The notes beneath the pieces are model-generated. The model did no database searches and was not told the origin of the DNA. It saw only the letters and a list, made by a program, of their open reading frames with translations. Made by a program: the position numbers and the translations under genes. Below, piece by piece: positions 36,776-49,300 of a stretch of DNA of 64,000 bases. This DNA is from Octopus sinensis (taxonomy: Eukaryota), in the NCBI RefSeq assembly GCF_006345805.1, contig NC_043014.1:27838001-27902000 (forward strand), written 5' to 3'. Positions within the stretch are counted from its first letter, which is position 1. Every line of letters begins with the position of its first letter.

Positions 36776-38430
36776 ACAAACGAAATATACACCGCCGATA
36801 GTTGTTGTTGACAAACAACGGCAGTAATTTTATTCAGCTGAATACACGTCATTGATTGGTTGAAATTACCGAAATACAACTTCGTAAATATAAACTTTTC
36901 TCAAAAACGCTAAGAGTAAAAGTTGTTTTATATGACACATTCTACCAGTATACGAAGTTTGAAAGTGTTTTGTTACAAAAAATTATTTTCTAAATCTGCC
37001 GGTCAAAATATAAAGATTCTATTATTATTATTATTACATTAAATTCTGATATAATCGTAATCTACTCCTTCTGAATGGTATTTGTAGAAATTTTTATTGA
37101 AAAAATACTCATTTTTCTGAAAGTTACAAGGAAACAAATTTGACTCGTGTGAATTATCCGAAATACCACCCGGTATTTTCTTTACCCTTTGAACGGCAGA
37201 TCGAGAAATTAATATTTTGTAACTAAACAGTTTAAAACTTCGGACACTGGTAGAATGTATCATATAAAACATATTTTACTCTTAGTATTGTTGAGAAAAG
37301 TTCGTATTTTTAAAGTTATTTCGTGTTAAAGTTGTCGTATTTCGGTAATTTCCTCCAATCAATGATGCGTATTCAGCTGAAAAAAATTACTGCTGTTGTT
37401 TGTCAACAACTTCCGGCAGTGTATATTTCGTTTGTCACTGTTATTTATGACATATTTCATCTCAGTTACGCTTGTATGAATAAACGAGCCTACCTGAAGC
37501 GTGTTTACTTCATGACACCACCACAATCGTTCGTGCATTTCTACTGCTTTTAGAGTTTTTTTTCCTGTTTTTCAGCTACTGTTTTCGGAAGGACTGTTTT
37601 GCCTCCCACTACAATTTCTTCATTTTTCACTTTTTTCCGTAACTCTAACTCTAAAATCCCAACCCTAACCCTAAACCTAAAACCCTAAAGCTAAAACCAG
37701 CACAAACGCACGAACGATGTCATAAATAACAGTGACAAACGAAAATATATACCGCCGATAGTTGTTGTTGACAAACAACGTGGATCTTTTCGGTTTGAAC
37801 GGCAGTTTTTAACATAATTTCTAGGTAACTAAAAAATTTTAAACTTCGTATACTGGTAGAATATGTTTATAAAACATCTTTTTCTCTTGGCTTTATTGAG
37901 AAAATTCTATAGTTTGTAAAATATTTGTTGTTGTTTTTCTTCAATTTCTTCAATTTCAACCAATCAATGACGTCTATTGAGTTAAAAAGCATTCTGTGCC
38001 GTATGAATATGTCCCTCGTTTTAGAAACAGATTGGGTTTATTTACATTTGTGAAGAAAAAAAGATACCCTTCCCCCACTCCTAACCCTAACCTTAACTAA
38101 CCCAAACCCTTTAAGAGATTGAAATGCAACAGATCGATTCTAGGATTATAATTATGGGTGACAATTTCATATGACACCGCTAGAAAAAACTGCCGTTCAA
38201 ACCGAAAAGATCCAACAACGTTAGTAATTTTATTCAGCTGAATACACGTCAATGATTGGTTGAAATTACCGAAATACGACGACTTTAACACGAAATAACT
38301 TTCAAAATATAAACTTTTCTCAACAACACTTAGAGTAAAAGATGTTTTATATGACACATCCTACCAATGTCCGAAGTTTAAAAGTGTTTAGTTACAAAAA
38401 ATTAATTTTTCGATCTGCCGTTCAAGGGGA
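36771..38430. repeat. Cluster of alternately oriented copies of one interspersed repeat family, with (TAACCC)-like motifs
   Basis: 36776-36990 is inverted against 37195-37452. 36771-36820 is a direct repeat of 37729-37780. Further copies lie at 37780-38090, 38200-38430 and 12120-12230. Confidence 0.75.
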
Positions 38431-38874
38431 AAAGATCCAAAAATATCAATTTTTCTGAAAGTTATGAGAGAACAAAATCGGTGGAGGACACACTTGTGTA
38501 GGAATATCGGTAGAAGTAATGAGAACTGACTGAATCTGCCAAAAAAATTAGAAAATAAAATATCGACAATTCATTGTCGATATATTTTCAAAACGATTCA
38601 CCAAATTAGAGAGCTGCATTTGACTATTGACCTGAAATAATAAAGTTTTAATAGTAGCAGTTTATTTTCTAAATTTATTGTCCAATTCTAGCATCTTTCA
38701 TGATCAACACTTAATTTTTTTTTACTTTACCAGAAGCATAAAAGCAAAAAAAAAAAAAAACCAAAAGAAACGAAACAAAACGAAAAGAAAAGGACAAAGG
38801 AAAAGTCGCAACGATTAATGCAGAAAGTAAAGGGACATAACTAAATTGTCGTAACATTTAAATATCAAACCTCG

Positions 38875-38930
38875 CGGCACGTATGCGTGATTATAAACTG
38901 TAGTTCTCTCCCTCGATTTTGTTCAGTTCA
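38875..38930 (+). promoter_or_regulatory. MIF core promoter: TATAAA (38892) and Inr-like TCAGTT (38923); equivalents at 53272/53303 and 58133/58164
   Basis: TATA and Inr lie about 31 nt apart, 40 nt upstream of the ATG, and are conserved in all three copies. Confidence 0.55.
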
Positions 38931-38968
38931 CATAGCATTTGTGGTAATTTGGTACCTTTATATAAACT

Positions 38969-39076
38969 ATGCCTAGCTTAATTATCAATACTAATTTACC
39001 TCGGGCGAAAATCCCACAAGATTTCTTGTCCAAAGCTACTGAAATGATGTCGAAGCAGATTGGCAAACCATCAAAG
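38969..39076 (+). CDS. MIF: MIF copy 1, exon 1 (MPSLIINTNLPRAKIPQDFLSKATEMMSKQIGKPSK)
   Basis: 108 nt, Met-Pro start, GKP motif, donor AAG|gtaagt. The intron position matches human MIF. Confidence 0.93.
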
Positions 39077-39167
39077 GTAAGTATGTTAAAGAGCGAATTA
39101 TTTTATTTAAAGATTTGCGCGTGGTATTGATTGTTGAGTGGCACGAGCAGTTTTTACTTTTCTTTTT

Positions 39168-39884
39168 TTAGTTTATTTACCGTTTCAAAGTATCAAAGTT
39201 CCCCTAACGAAGAAGGAAGTCCATCTACATCATTCCCACCTTTCTTTTTCTAGATATAGATTACTCTAAACTATATTAACCAATGTGTCCTTTTTTCTAT
39301 AATGATAGGGCGTGATTTGATTGAGATTTATTTGGTATTTCAAGCAATTCTAACTTCTGCATTAGGACACCTTCGTTGTCTCGAAATATATGCTTGTTAA
39401 TAAGGAGGATGAAAGAAAAAGAAAAGTAAAGTAAGAAAACCAAGTAAGTTATCGTGACATAAGGAAAAAGTCTACTGTCTCTATTTCCCAATCATTGTGT
39501 TTATCTATGACCACCCTAATAAACGTTTATTAGGGTGGTCCTAGATAAACACAATGATTGGGAAATAGAGACAGTAGACTTTTTCCTTATGTCACAATAG
39601 CTTACTTGGTTTCATTCTATTCTTTTCTTTTTCTTTCATCCTCCTTATTAACAAGCATATATTTCGAGACAACGAAGCTGTCCTAATGCGGAAGTTAGAA
39701 TTGCTTGAAATACCAAATAAATCTCCGTCAAATCGCGCCCTATCATTATAGAAAAAAAGTAGGACACATTGGTTAATATAGTTTAAAGTAATCTATATCT
39801 AGAAAAAGAAAGGTGGGAATGATGTAGATGTACTTCCTTCTTCGTTAGGGGAACTTTGATATTTTGAAACGGTAAATAAACTAA
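39168..39884. repeat. Loop-less palindrome (357 + 360 bp arms) in MIF copy 1 intron 1
   Basis: Centre ...ctaataaac|gtttattag... at 39524/39525. Arms are about 95% identical by manual comparison. Confidence 0.95.
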
Positions 39885-40455
39885 GACGTTTGGATTTGAT
39901 TTGAGGAGATTGGGTTGCTATTTGGAACAGAACATGCCACCAAGCAGTCGCTTTTTTTCTTTTTTGTTCGCAGTGACCGTTTGTTTTTGGTGATCGTTGC
40001 ACCCAGTTTCGATTTCCCGTTGAAACTAAGCTCGATTCTGTACGAGCTAACAACAACCTCTACATAGCCTCCACTTTTCTAGAAATCAGAAATCTTTAAT
40101 AGGGAAATGGTGCATTGCGTCTGTAGTGTACCCCTAATGAGACGGGGTTGTCTCTACAAGTATAACTTTGGTAATAAATTTACAAGATCAGGGTTGAATT
40201 TGACCTTTGTTTAAATATAGAATCGTGAAAAATTTGTAAATGTTTGCTTTTCTTATTTTTATATGTGTACCAAATGCTTATCTAAAAGAAAAGAAAAACA
40301 CTATTTTACTTAAAGCTTTTACAAAGTTTACAAATATTATTACGTTATCATAAGTGATAAAAATTCGGTAATTGTTCAGTTTAGTGATATTAAAAAATTA
40401 CGGAGATGTACTCGCATAGCAAGAGATTTGATCTGAGATCGTGTGCTGGAACGAA

Positions 40456-40632
40456 AACAATTGCTGCGTGGAAGGTGTTTGTAAGCCATTTAAGAAACAC
40501 ACAAAAGCCGTTCGATTCACTTCAACATTTAAGTTTAATTTGTCAAAATATTAAACTTAAATGTTGAAGTGAATCGAACGGCTTTTGTGTGTTTCTTAAA
40601 TGGCTTACAAACACCTCCACGCTGCAATTGTT
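40456..40632. repeat. Second intronic hairpin (about 84-bp arms), same Penelope-terminal family as 10043-10320
   Basis: aacaattgc..catttaagtttaat / attaaacttaaatg..gcaattgtt, with loop ttgtcaaaat. Confidence 0.9.
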
Positions 40633-40930
40633 GATGTCAAAAAGTAAATAAAAAATGAAGGGGGAGATAACTAGTAAAGGAACGTGCATAAGTCAACATA
40701 AATATTGGTTATTATTTACTTTGGAATTGATCAGATAGGCACGTGGAAAACCAGCGGGACCGCAATTCATTGTTCGTGAAATTGAAATCGTCAACCATGA
40801 ATCAATTTTGGAATATTACCTATTTAGCCGAATAACGAGACCAGATTCTTCCAGTGGTTGGCAGGGCGACGACTAATAATGAATTTATACGCGTGCAAAA
40901 ATTGTAACTCTCCATGTTAGCTTACTGCAG

Positions 40931-41161
40931 TCGGCGAACTGGCAGAAACGTTAGCACGCCGGGCGAAATGCTTAGCGGTATTTCGTCTGCGTTACGTTGT
41001 GAGTTCATATCCGCCGAGGTCGACTTTGCCTTTCATCCTTTCGGGGTCGATAAATTAAGTACCAGTTACGAACTGGGGTCGATGTAATCGACTTAATACC
41101 TATATCTGTCCTTGTTTGTTCCCTCTGTGTTTAGCCCCTTGTGGGTAATAAAGAAATAAGT
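40931..41161 (+). mobile_element. Full-length tRNA-derived SINE, present only in MIF copy 1
   Basis: Head ggcgaactggcagaaacgttag...gagttcatatcc. The empty site cttactgcag|tgttagttg is seen in copy 2 at ~55301. Confidence 0.85.
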
Positions 41162-43719
41162 ATTAGTTGTTTAACAGTAAGTTGACTTACGTATGGCCCT
41201 TTACTAGTTATCTCCACCTTAATTTTTATTTACTTTTCTAATGTCACTAAACTGCACAATTACCAAAAATGTCCTTCAAGTAGTGAACTTAATGGTGAAT
41301 TAATCGAAGCAGCCACTCTCCTTTTACAATCTATGGTTGTGCTCTAATTAACAATTCATAATGGCAATCTGAATGCTAACAATTTTTTTTAATTTTATGA
41401 ATTGCTGCAAAGTATACGAAATCCCAAGCCTGCTTCTCCATTCAATAGAATTTAGGACCCATCTTCCACTGGTTAAAATGAGGCTTTTATACCTTAATGC
41501 ATCTTTAGTAAATCAGTAGATTGTTTAATCTCTTTGTTGTCCTGACTGTTTCACACATACTAATTATCATTTTCTGAATATTTTACGTTTTTATTTTGAA
41601 TATAATATCAGGATGTTGAGCACCTAGAGCAGCCCTATAAATTGCAAGCTCCTTCTCCCAGCTTTACAATATGAGTCCTCTTTCTCAATGTCTTCTGAAA
41701 CAGTTAAAAAATTATCAACTAGTAAACAAGAAATCTATGGTTTTATGTTAATGTATATCACTGTGTAAATCAGCAATAAGGCAAACTTTGAAATGTTTTA
41801 CACCAAATCATGTGACTGATTATATCACCACACAACACCCTCAGCTCCCCCATTCTGCCCCTAATCTGTCCAGCAGTAAAATCATCTGCTCCCTTTATTA
41901 TTAGTTTTCGTATTTTTAATTGGATTGAAGTTTTTGTCTAAATTGTTTAAAAATATCTATGCCATCCTAGGTGATTGCCTCATTTCCTGGGTGTGAAAAT
42001 ATTGCAGAGCATAGTCATATAACTTTTAATCAAATAGATTCTCTTCATTTAAATTCTTGCTCGTTTTTCGTTCTTTGAAATTATATCAGAGAAAGTAGAG
42101 AGAGTTCTCCTTGTCTTTTATAGGCATTCCCAAATCTTTTGGTATTTAGCTTAAAATTGTGTTGGTCAAAGCCTGTAAGAAAGATTTAGATGAGAGAATT
42201 CTAATGGAGTTGCACCCCTAGAGAAGAGTATGGCAAAGCTTTTAGCTAAAAATCTTGACAAGATGAAAGAGGATTAACAAACAAAATTAGGCAAGGTTGG
42301 ACAGTATTCATGACCTCTGCAGGTTTTCGTAAACTGATGCCCAGCCCAAACATCTGCAGGAAAAAAAATGTGGGAGGAAATAGCTGAGGTATCTCGTTTG
42401 AATGCTTGGAATATGCTGGACATGTTTTCATAAGACCTAGAAGCAAGGAACAGCACTTATTTGATGGTGATGTTCATTTATAACTATCAAGGGATGTGGA
42501 GACAAGGACACAGGTGTGTGTGTGTGTGTGCATGCGCACACATAAATATGACTTTTCTTTCAGTTTCTGCTTAACAAGTCCACTTATTAAGCTTTTAGTA
42601 GCCTGGGTCTATACAAGACACTTGCCCAAGGTACCATGCAATGTGAATGAACCTGAAATCATATGATTGGGAGATAAAGTTTTTAACCATACTGTCAAGC
42701 CTGCACACAAGCACATGTGTGTGAAGCCGTCACAAGATGTCATCTTATTGTGAAGCTTTTCATTTATAGTGACTTCACTTGTTCAAAAAGGAGGAAGGTT
42801 TTAATGTAACATGTATTGAATGTAGTTTTGTGCTATTGAGATATCGTTATTGTAATTCGTTTTTGAGGACTCTATTTGTAGAATGAGTTGTCCTGGTGGC
42901 ACTTGTGTATAGAAGGGTAAACAGGAATGAATAGTATTATCATCTGCATTGAATTGTTTGTGGTTATTAGTAACATTGGGAAAAATGTTGAAGGCGTAAT
43001 CAGTTGTTTCTGTATACAAAATTTAATGAGCTGGAAAGACTGCCATCAGTACAGGCTTTGATAGAGCTGTGTGATAAGAAACTTTTGATGTAAAAATGAG
43101 AGGAAGAGTGTCTGCAGTATAGAATTTAAAATGGAGGGAGTTTAAAACTGTTGAGTTATGAGGCTTTTGTGTTTGATAAGTTATCTTTCAAAATCATGAT
43201 GAGTGTGTGGTTTAAAAGTTGTTCTTAAGAATTATATAATTTTCTATCTTTTCTAGCAAAAGCACAAGGTCTTAAATTTGGGTGAGGTTAGTTGATACCA
43301 TCAAGCCCAATATTTGATTGCTACTTTATTTTATCAATCTCAAAAGGGTGTAAAGCGAAGTTGACTTCAGTAGGGTTTGAACACGGAATGTAAAGAACCA
43401 GAATTAAATACCAAAAGACAGATTTTCTGATGCTTCATTATTTTATTTGTATTATTTTGTCCTGTAATTTGAGAAGGAATAGCAGTTGTTGTGTAATCAA
43501 TAACATAGTTGTCTGGCAACCTAAGGATACATGATTCAAGAGCTGTTAGTGGGCCTATTGTTTTCTTTCTTTTTATCTGCCTCAAATTGGTGTTTATGAG
43601 GTTTCAAATCATTTATTACTATTGTTGGAGTTATTGAAGGGAAGTTGCAAACTGTAATTGCTGAACTTTTTGTTATTATTGTTATTGCACTGTTAATGCT
43701 GCTATTATTGTTGTTACAG

Positions 43720-43892
43720 TATATTACCATTTGTGTCCATCCTGACCTAATAATGAGCCATGGAGGGTCGGATGACCCATGTGCTTCAGTTCATGTTACT
43801 TCTATTGGAAAACTAGGGCCAGATGTCAACAAGGACCATTCAGCAAATATTGGAAGCTTTATCCATGAAACTTTAAAGATTCCAATGGACAG
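43720..43892 (+). CDS. MIF: MIF copy 1, exon 2 (YITICVHPDLIMSHGGSDDPCASVHVTSIGKLGPDVNKDHSANIGSFIHETLKIPMDR)
   Basis: 173 nt (same as human exon 2), ttacag| and |gtatgt, with GGS.DPCA and SIGK motifs. Confidence 0.95.
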
Positions 43893-45718
43893 GTATGTTT
43901 TCTTTGTTGTTGTTATTATTTAATCCTTGATTAGCCCTAATCCACCAAATCTATGATCAAATATGTTGTTGTTGAATGAACTTTGCAGGTTGTTATTATT
44001 TAATTCTTGATTAGCCCTAATCCACCAAATCTATGATCAAATATGATGTAAACATGACCATTCAGTCTTTTTCCTTGATGTAGATATCTACTACATTAAT
44101 GTTAAACAACCTTATTCAGTGAGTCCACCTTTTAAGATGGTAAAATTTGATTTGAAGAAAATTTGGTTGTTCTTTCTAGCAAGATAACTAACTGTATATA
44201 AGCTCTTTCATTGGTATGTTTTTGTTGTTGATGTGTGAACTGTTCAGATTTTCTCTAACTGTTATACATAAGGTAAATGCTTGTCAGCAAGAAGTTGATT
44301 ACTTTACTTGGAAGAAAATTCTAGTAAGGTTCAAGTTGAATGACTCTTACACTCCTACTACATGGAGTCCAGTAAGAATGTATGATCATGTGCATAATAC
44401 CAACATGGCCCTCTATTTCTGAAAGGCTTTTCAGTTTGTTGGCATATCTAGTCAATTGAAGAGCAATAAGATGAAACTGCAATTTGGATAAGCAGTCCCT
44501 GTTTCTCAAATAACATAATATATACATGTGTGTGTGTGTGTGTGTAGATATATATATGGCTATATATATAGATAATGTGTCAGTGATTAGTGTCAGGCCC
44601 ACAATCATGAAGTAGTTTGATTCCCAGATTGAGCTGTGTGTTGCGTTCTTGAGCAAGACACTTTACTTCACAATGCTCCAATTTACTCAGCTATAGAAAT
44701 GAGTTACAATGTCACTGGTGCCAAGCTGTATTGGCATTTTCTTTTCCCTTGGATAACGTTAGTGGTATGGAGAGGAAAGGCTGGTATACATGGATGACTG
44801 CTGGTCTTCCATAAACAACCTTGCTTGGACTTGTACCTCAGAGGGTGACTTTCTTAGTGCAATCCCATGGACATTCATGACTGAAGGGGGTCTTTGTATA
44901 CAAATATGAGAAAGAGATATTTACTGTAACAATTGCACTCTCTGTTCTAATTTGCTGATTGTGTACCACATACCTGTGATTCATCTGCTAGTCTTCTCTC
45001 CTTACCATTATTCTCCAAATCCTCATTTTGTCTGAACACTCTCTTAGGTCTAATATTTAGAAATATTAGAAACAAGACATTGAATTTGTGTGTAGATGCA
45101 TGCAATTTGTATATGTGCATGTTTGTGTGCATGTGTACATGCATGCATCTGTGTATGTACAGATCAGTCTTTTCATTGTTTTTGACTTTAATAAATTAGT
45201 GAAATTTGTAAACACAATGCCCCGAAACTGATGGCCACATCAACTCTTGTATGAAACTCTGGAAGGGCAAAAGATAAAGTTGACTTTGACAGGATTTGAA
45301 ATCTGAATGTAAAGCAAGGTAACTAAATACTGCAAGCCATTTTCTCTACCATTCCACTAATTCCACCACTCCACCACCCTTATAAACATCATCATCATTT
45401 AATGTCTGTTTTCCATGCTGGCATGGATTGGACAGTTTGACAAGAGTTGGAGAGCTGACCAGAATCCAATTGTCTGTTTTGGCATGGTTTCTATAGCTGG
45501 ATACCCTGCCTAACACCAACCACTTTACAGTGTGTTGAGTGCTTTTTATAGTTCACTGACATGGGTGCACTTAAGTAGCACTGGCACCTGCAAGACAAAG
45601 ACCTCTCAGGTGGGAGGGGGAGTAGGGGTATGGCCACAAAGGACATGTGTGTATGGATGGCTGCAATTTTACTTAGCTTGATGCGTCTTAAGTAAGATGT
45701 CTTATTTTACACTTTTAG

Positions 45719-45782
45719 GTTTTACATACAATTCAATGACTTACTTCCTTCTAATGTTGGTTATAACGGTACAACATTTTAA
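45719..45782 (+). CDS. MIF: MIF copy 1, exon 3 (FYIQFNDLLPSNVGYNGTTF*)
   Basis: Acceptor acttttag|, phase matches exon 2, NVGYNGTTF corresponds to human NVGWNNSTF. ATTAAA and AATAAA lie 50-70 nt after the stop. Confidence 0.93.
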
Positions 45783-45899
45783 AATGTTAGCTGAAGCTTC
45801 ACACCAAGTCTCAATTTATACAGAAGAAAACATTAAAGACATGGAAAAATAAACAAAGAAAATAGTAAAATAAAAAATATGAATTCTTTTTGTTTTTCT

Positions 45900-47620
45900 T
45901 GAATTTTATTTTTTAAGATCTACCAATAATAAATTGCCATGTCTTTCCTTTGTTCACAGAACTACATTTTTCCTGAATCCCACCTTCACACTTCCATATA
46001 TGCGTACTAATCAACATACAAACCTCATTGTTTTCTTGTTTCATTGGTTCTTCTGTCGTAAGATCAATTTCTAGTTGTATTCTTACTTTCATGCATTTTC
46101 TCTTTTTCTTTTCTGGTGATGCTAGGTCAGTTTCCATGTAGAGGAATCTTTTTTTTTTTTTTTTTGCTTTGGTGTGTAACATATTCTCTTGATGTATTTG
46201 TTAATGTTTTTTTTTTCATATGGTTTTGTCACATGAGAGGATTTAATTCAATCATGCCCCCAATCTTTTAATTTTGGCATTGGTTTGTAAGTCTTGTAGT
46301 AATATACTCTAACTATTGCATCTCTCTTCTGCATGATGGTCCATAGTTCAGTGTTGCTTCTGTTGAGACATGGTGTTCTTTTTTGTATCCTTTCTAGTTG
46401 ATGTCTAATGTTTATGCATGTTGGTGTTCCCTTCAGGATGCATTTTGTTTCTTTGTTGTTGCTTGAAACCACATTTCATCAGTGTAGATTATTGTTTTGT
46501 TGATGCAGCCTCCGAATGTAAAATTATATGATGCTTGGCAACACACATTCTTCCACAGTTCATGAGTCCATTCTGTATTGAACACAGTATGTAACTTTTT
46601 CTAGAATTTCTGACACCCATTATGTGTAGTCCTTTTTTTTCCTCTTTTTTTGTATGTGACAGATTTCAAATGTGTGTTGTGCAAATTTAGCTGAGTCAAT
46701 GTTATATTGCAACCATTTGTCCAATATGTTTAGTGATGTTTGTACATCCCCAGTATTGGTTGTTTGCATTTGTGAGGAAGAATTCCTTTTTCTCTCTTAT
46801 TTACTCTCATTTTGGTGTTTAGTTCCAATGCGAGTTCTTGTTGCTGCACTTTATATGATGGTGCTGAGATTTAGTGTAGATTTGTAAATGCTGTCCTATG
46901 TTTCTTTGTATTTTTGTTTATCTGAAGTTTTTACAAAGTGTTACATATTTTCAGGAGTTTTTTTAATAAAGTTGTATTTCTTACCTTGTACGATGTCTTG
47001 GTTTTTTTATTATGTGCTCTTTGTCACTTTCCTCTTGTAAAACATTTTTTTGCGAGTCTGCATCAAGCATGTTTTCCAGGATGACCCAATGTTTTTTGGT
47101 GTCTGTGGTGAGGTAATTAGCAAATCTGTATGGATTGAATATTTTTTGACATGATAGTTTGTAAGGTTTGTTTCCTCTTTGTTGTAGTAACCTTTTCACC
47201 ACCATGAAGTTGTAGTTGTTGTTGGGGTGCTTTCTGTGCCATGTAATAATATGAAAGTGGTATGTTGGAACAGTGTTTAAAGTTTTCAGATGTCATTCCA
47301 GTTGCTATTCCTGCATTGATTGTTGGCATTTTTTGTGGATGGCTGGTGCAAGCATAATTTGATTCAATTTTAATGAAATATGTAGTTTCGAAAGTAAAGT
47401 ATAATGTTGATTTCTCTTTACTCTTTTTCTCTTTTACTTGTTTCAGTCATTTGACTGCGGCCAAGCTGGAGCACTGCCTTTAGTCGAGCAAATCTACCCC
47501 GGGACTTATTCTTTTTAAGCCCAGTACTTATTCCATCGGTCTCTTTTGCCAACCGCTAAGTGACAGGGACGTAAACACACCAGCATCGGTTGTCAAGCAA
47601 TACTAGAGGGACAAACATAT

Positions 47621-47657
<37 letters not shown>

Positions 47658-49300
47658 CATACATATATACGACAGGCTTCTTTCAGTTTCCATCTACCAA
47701 ATCCACTCACAAGGCTTTGGTCGGCCCGAGGCTATAGCAGAAGACACTTGCCCAAGGTGCCACGCAGCGGGACTGAACCCGGAACCATGTTGTTGGTTAG
47801 CAAGCTACTTACCACACAGCCACTCCTGCGCCTGTTGGTTTTGGTAATAAAGGGCAATTAATTAATATAATTTCTGGTGGGCCCTCTGATGTGTATGCCA
47901 CATTGTTTATTAGTGTTCTATCTGCTACTGTGTATATTTCAGATGATTGTACTTGTAGGTCTGTTGTTGTCACTGTGATGTCTTTTCTGAATTCTTGGTA
48001 ATTGAAAGCTAGATCAGACACTTCTGTCCTGGCTGAGTCTTGTTTCTTTTGTTCTGACTCTTAGATGATTTCTCTTACAATTTAATATAGCATTGTTGCC
48101 ATCTGTTCCATATGTTGGTGCCATGGATACATCTAGACATCCATCCAATATAATATCTCTCTCTCTCTCTAGCTGATATGGTGTTGAATGCTGGAGGAAA
48201 ATGTATGGTTAAGTTGTCACGTAAGGTGTTGGTTAGGGGTTTTCTAAGTAATGACTTGTTGAACCATTTGCGTACATATGTATTCTCTTGTCTAATCTTT
48301 TTAACTGAGTTCATCTCTCTCCAATCGTGGAAGTCTGTGATCAAAGTTGTGCATTCTTGAGTGTCTGCTGTAATTTTGCATTCTGCATTTCTGTTCATTA
48401 CCATTATTGGTGCTGAATAACTGTATTCATATTTCGGTAGGAACACGTGTTATGCTGTTGTGGGTTGTATTTCCCTTGTTTGGTATGTGAGATAATTTAA
48501 GTAGGTTACCAAACCCAGTGTATTTGAAGGTTTCAAGGATTGGAATGGCCACTTCGTCATTGTTTTTTGTTTCCTGCTGTAATGTTGTCACTTTTGAAAT
48601 TCATGCTTCTTATTTTGTGTGAAGTTGCATTTGATAGTGATTGTTTGAACTTTATTGGTTAACAAGTAGAGTATGATGTAGTCTTCAGCTTATACTCTTC
48701 CCCATCTGAAGTGTCCTGTGTTGTGCATTCCTTTTTCTCTCCATTTGATATTTTGTGAATTTTTCTTTGGCTGTATTCATGTCACATGATTTGATCATGT
48801 TTCTAAACTTTCTGCTGAATTTAAGTATTTGGGTTTTGCTCCTTTCCATCCATTGTTTTCTCCTTTTCTGCCTCTGAATTTTGTGACTGTTGATTTAAAG
48901 CCATTGCAGTATCAGTATTATGTCCAGAGACAGCAATATTATTAGTATTGGTTTCTGGTGGTCTGAAGTAGTTATCAAGTCTGAGATAGTGCTTAACAGT
49001 GATTTCTCCTCTTGCCAGTTGGACTGGTCTGTATAGCACTTTTGATGAATTTTTTTTTGTTTGCCTCCTGAGTATCTATGTCTGTGGGCATAATTCAAGT
49101 AGTGTTCTTTTGCAATTAGATCATGTTCGTTTTGTAGAGGCTCTCATTGGTTGCTACATTGCTGTTAAGATCAAGTTTGATGTGACAAGCCTATATTAAA
49201 AAGTATGCTAAAGACAGACACATACCAAATGTTGACAAAGGACAGAAAATGATCTGTTGGTTGTGCTTGCATTCCAACTAATTTCTTGCACATTTTAACT
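45900..49300 (-). mobile_element. Heavily decayed, near full-length Penelope-like element (RT plus GIY-YIG), interrupted by two SINEs at ~47430-47830
   Basis: Minus-strand fragments resemble PLE motifs in the expected order: PT.I..I..G, (W)FNP....V.T..G, C..C.AKH.IY, RSNTEL...Y...KPY. Boundaries are approximate. Confidence 0.5.

Noticed and set aside
39297-39491. Recurrent MGNRDSRLFPYVT ORF (also 53669, 53930, 58538)
   Set aside because: It recurs only because of the palindrome and the duplication, has no domain and lies in an intron.
42246-43730. Short ORFs repeated in the MIF duplicons (MLLGLMK, MYTETTD, MRQIKRK)
   Set aside because: They are intronic, disrupted between copies and have no recognisable motifs.
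46030-46065. Hammerhead-like CAGAAGA...GAAA on the minus strand at the old Penelope tail
   Set aside because: No stem II pairing and the core is altered. Too decayed to call.
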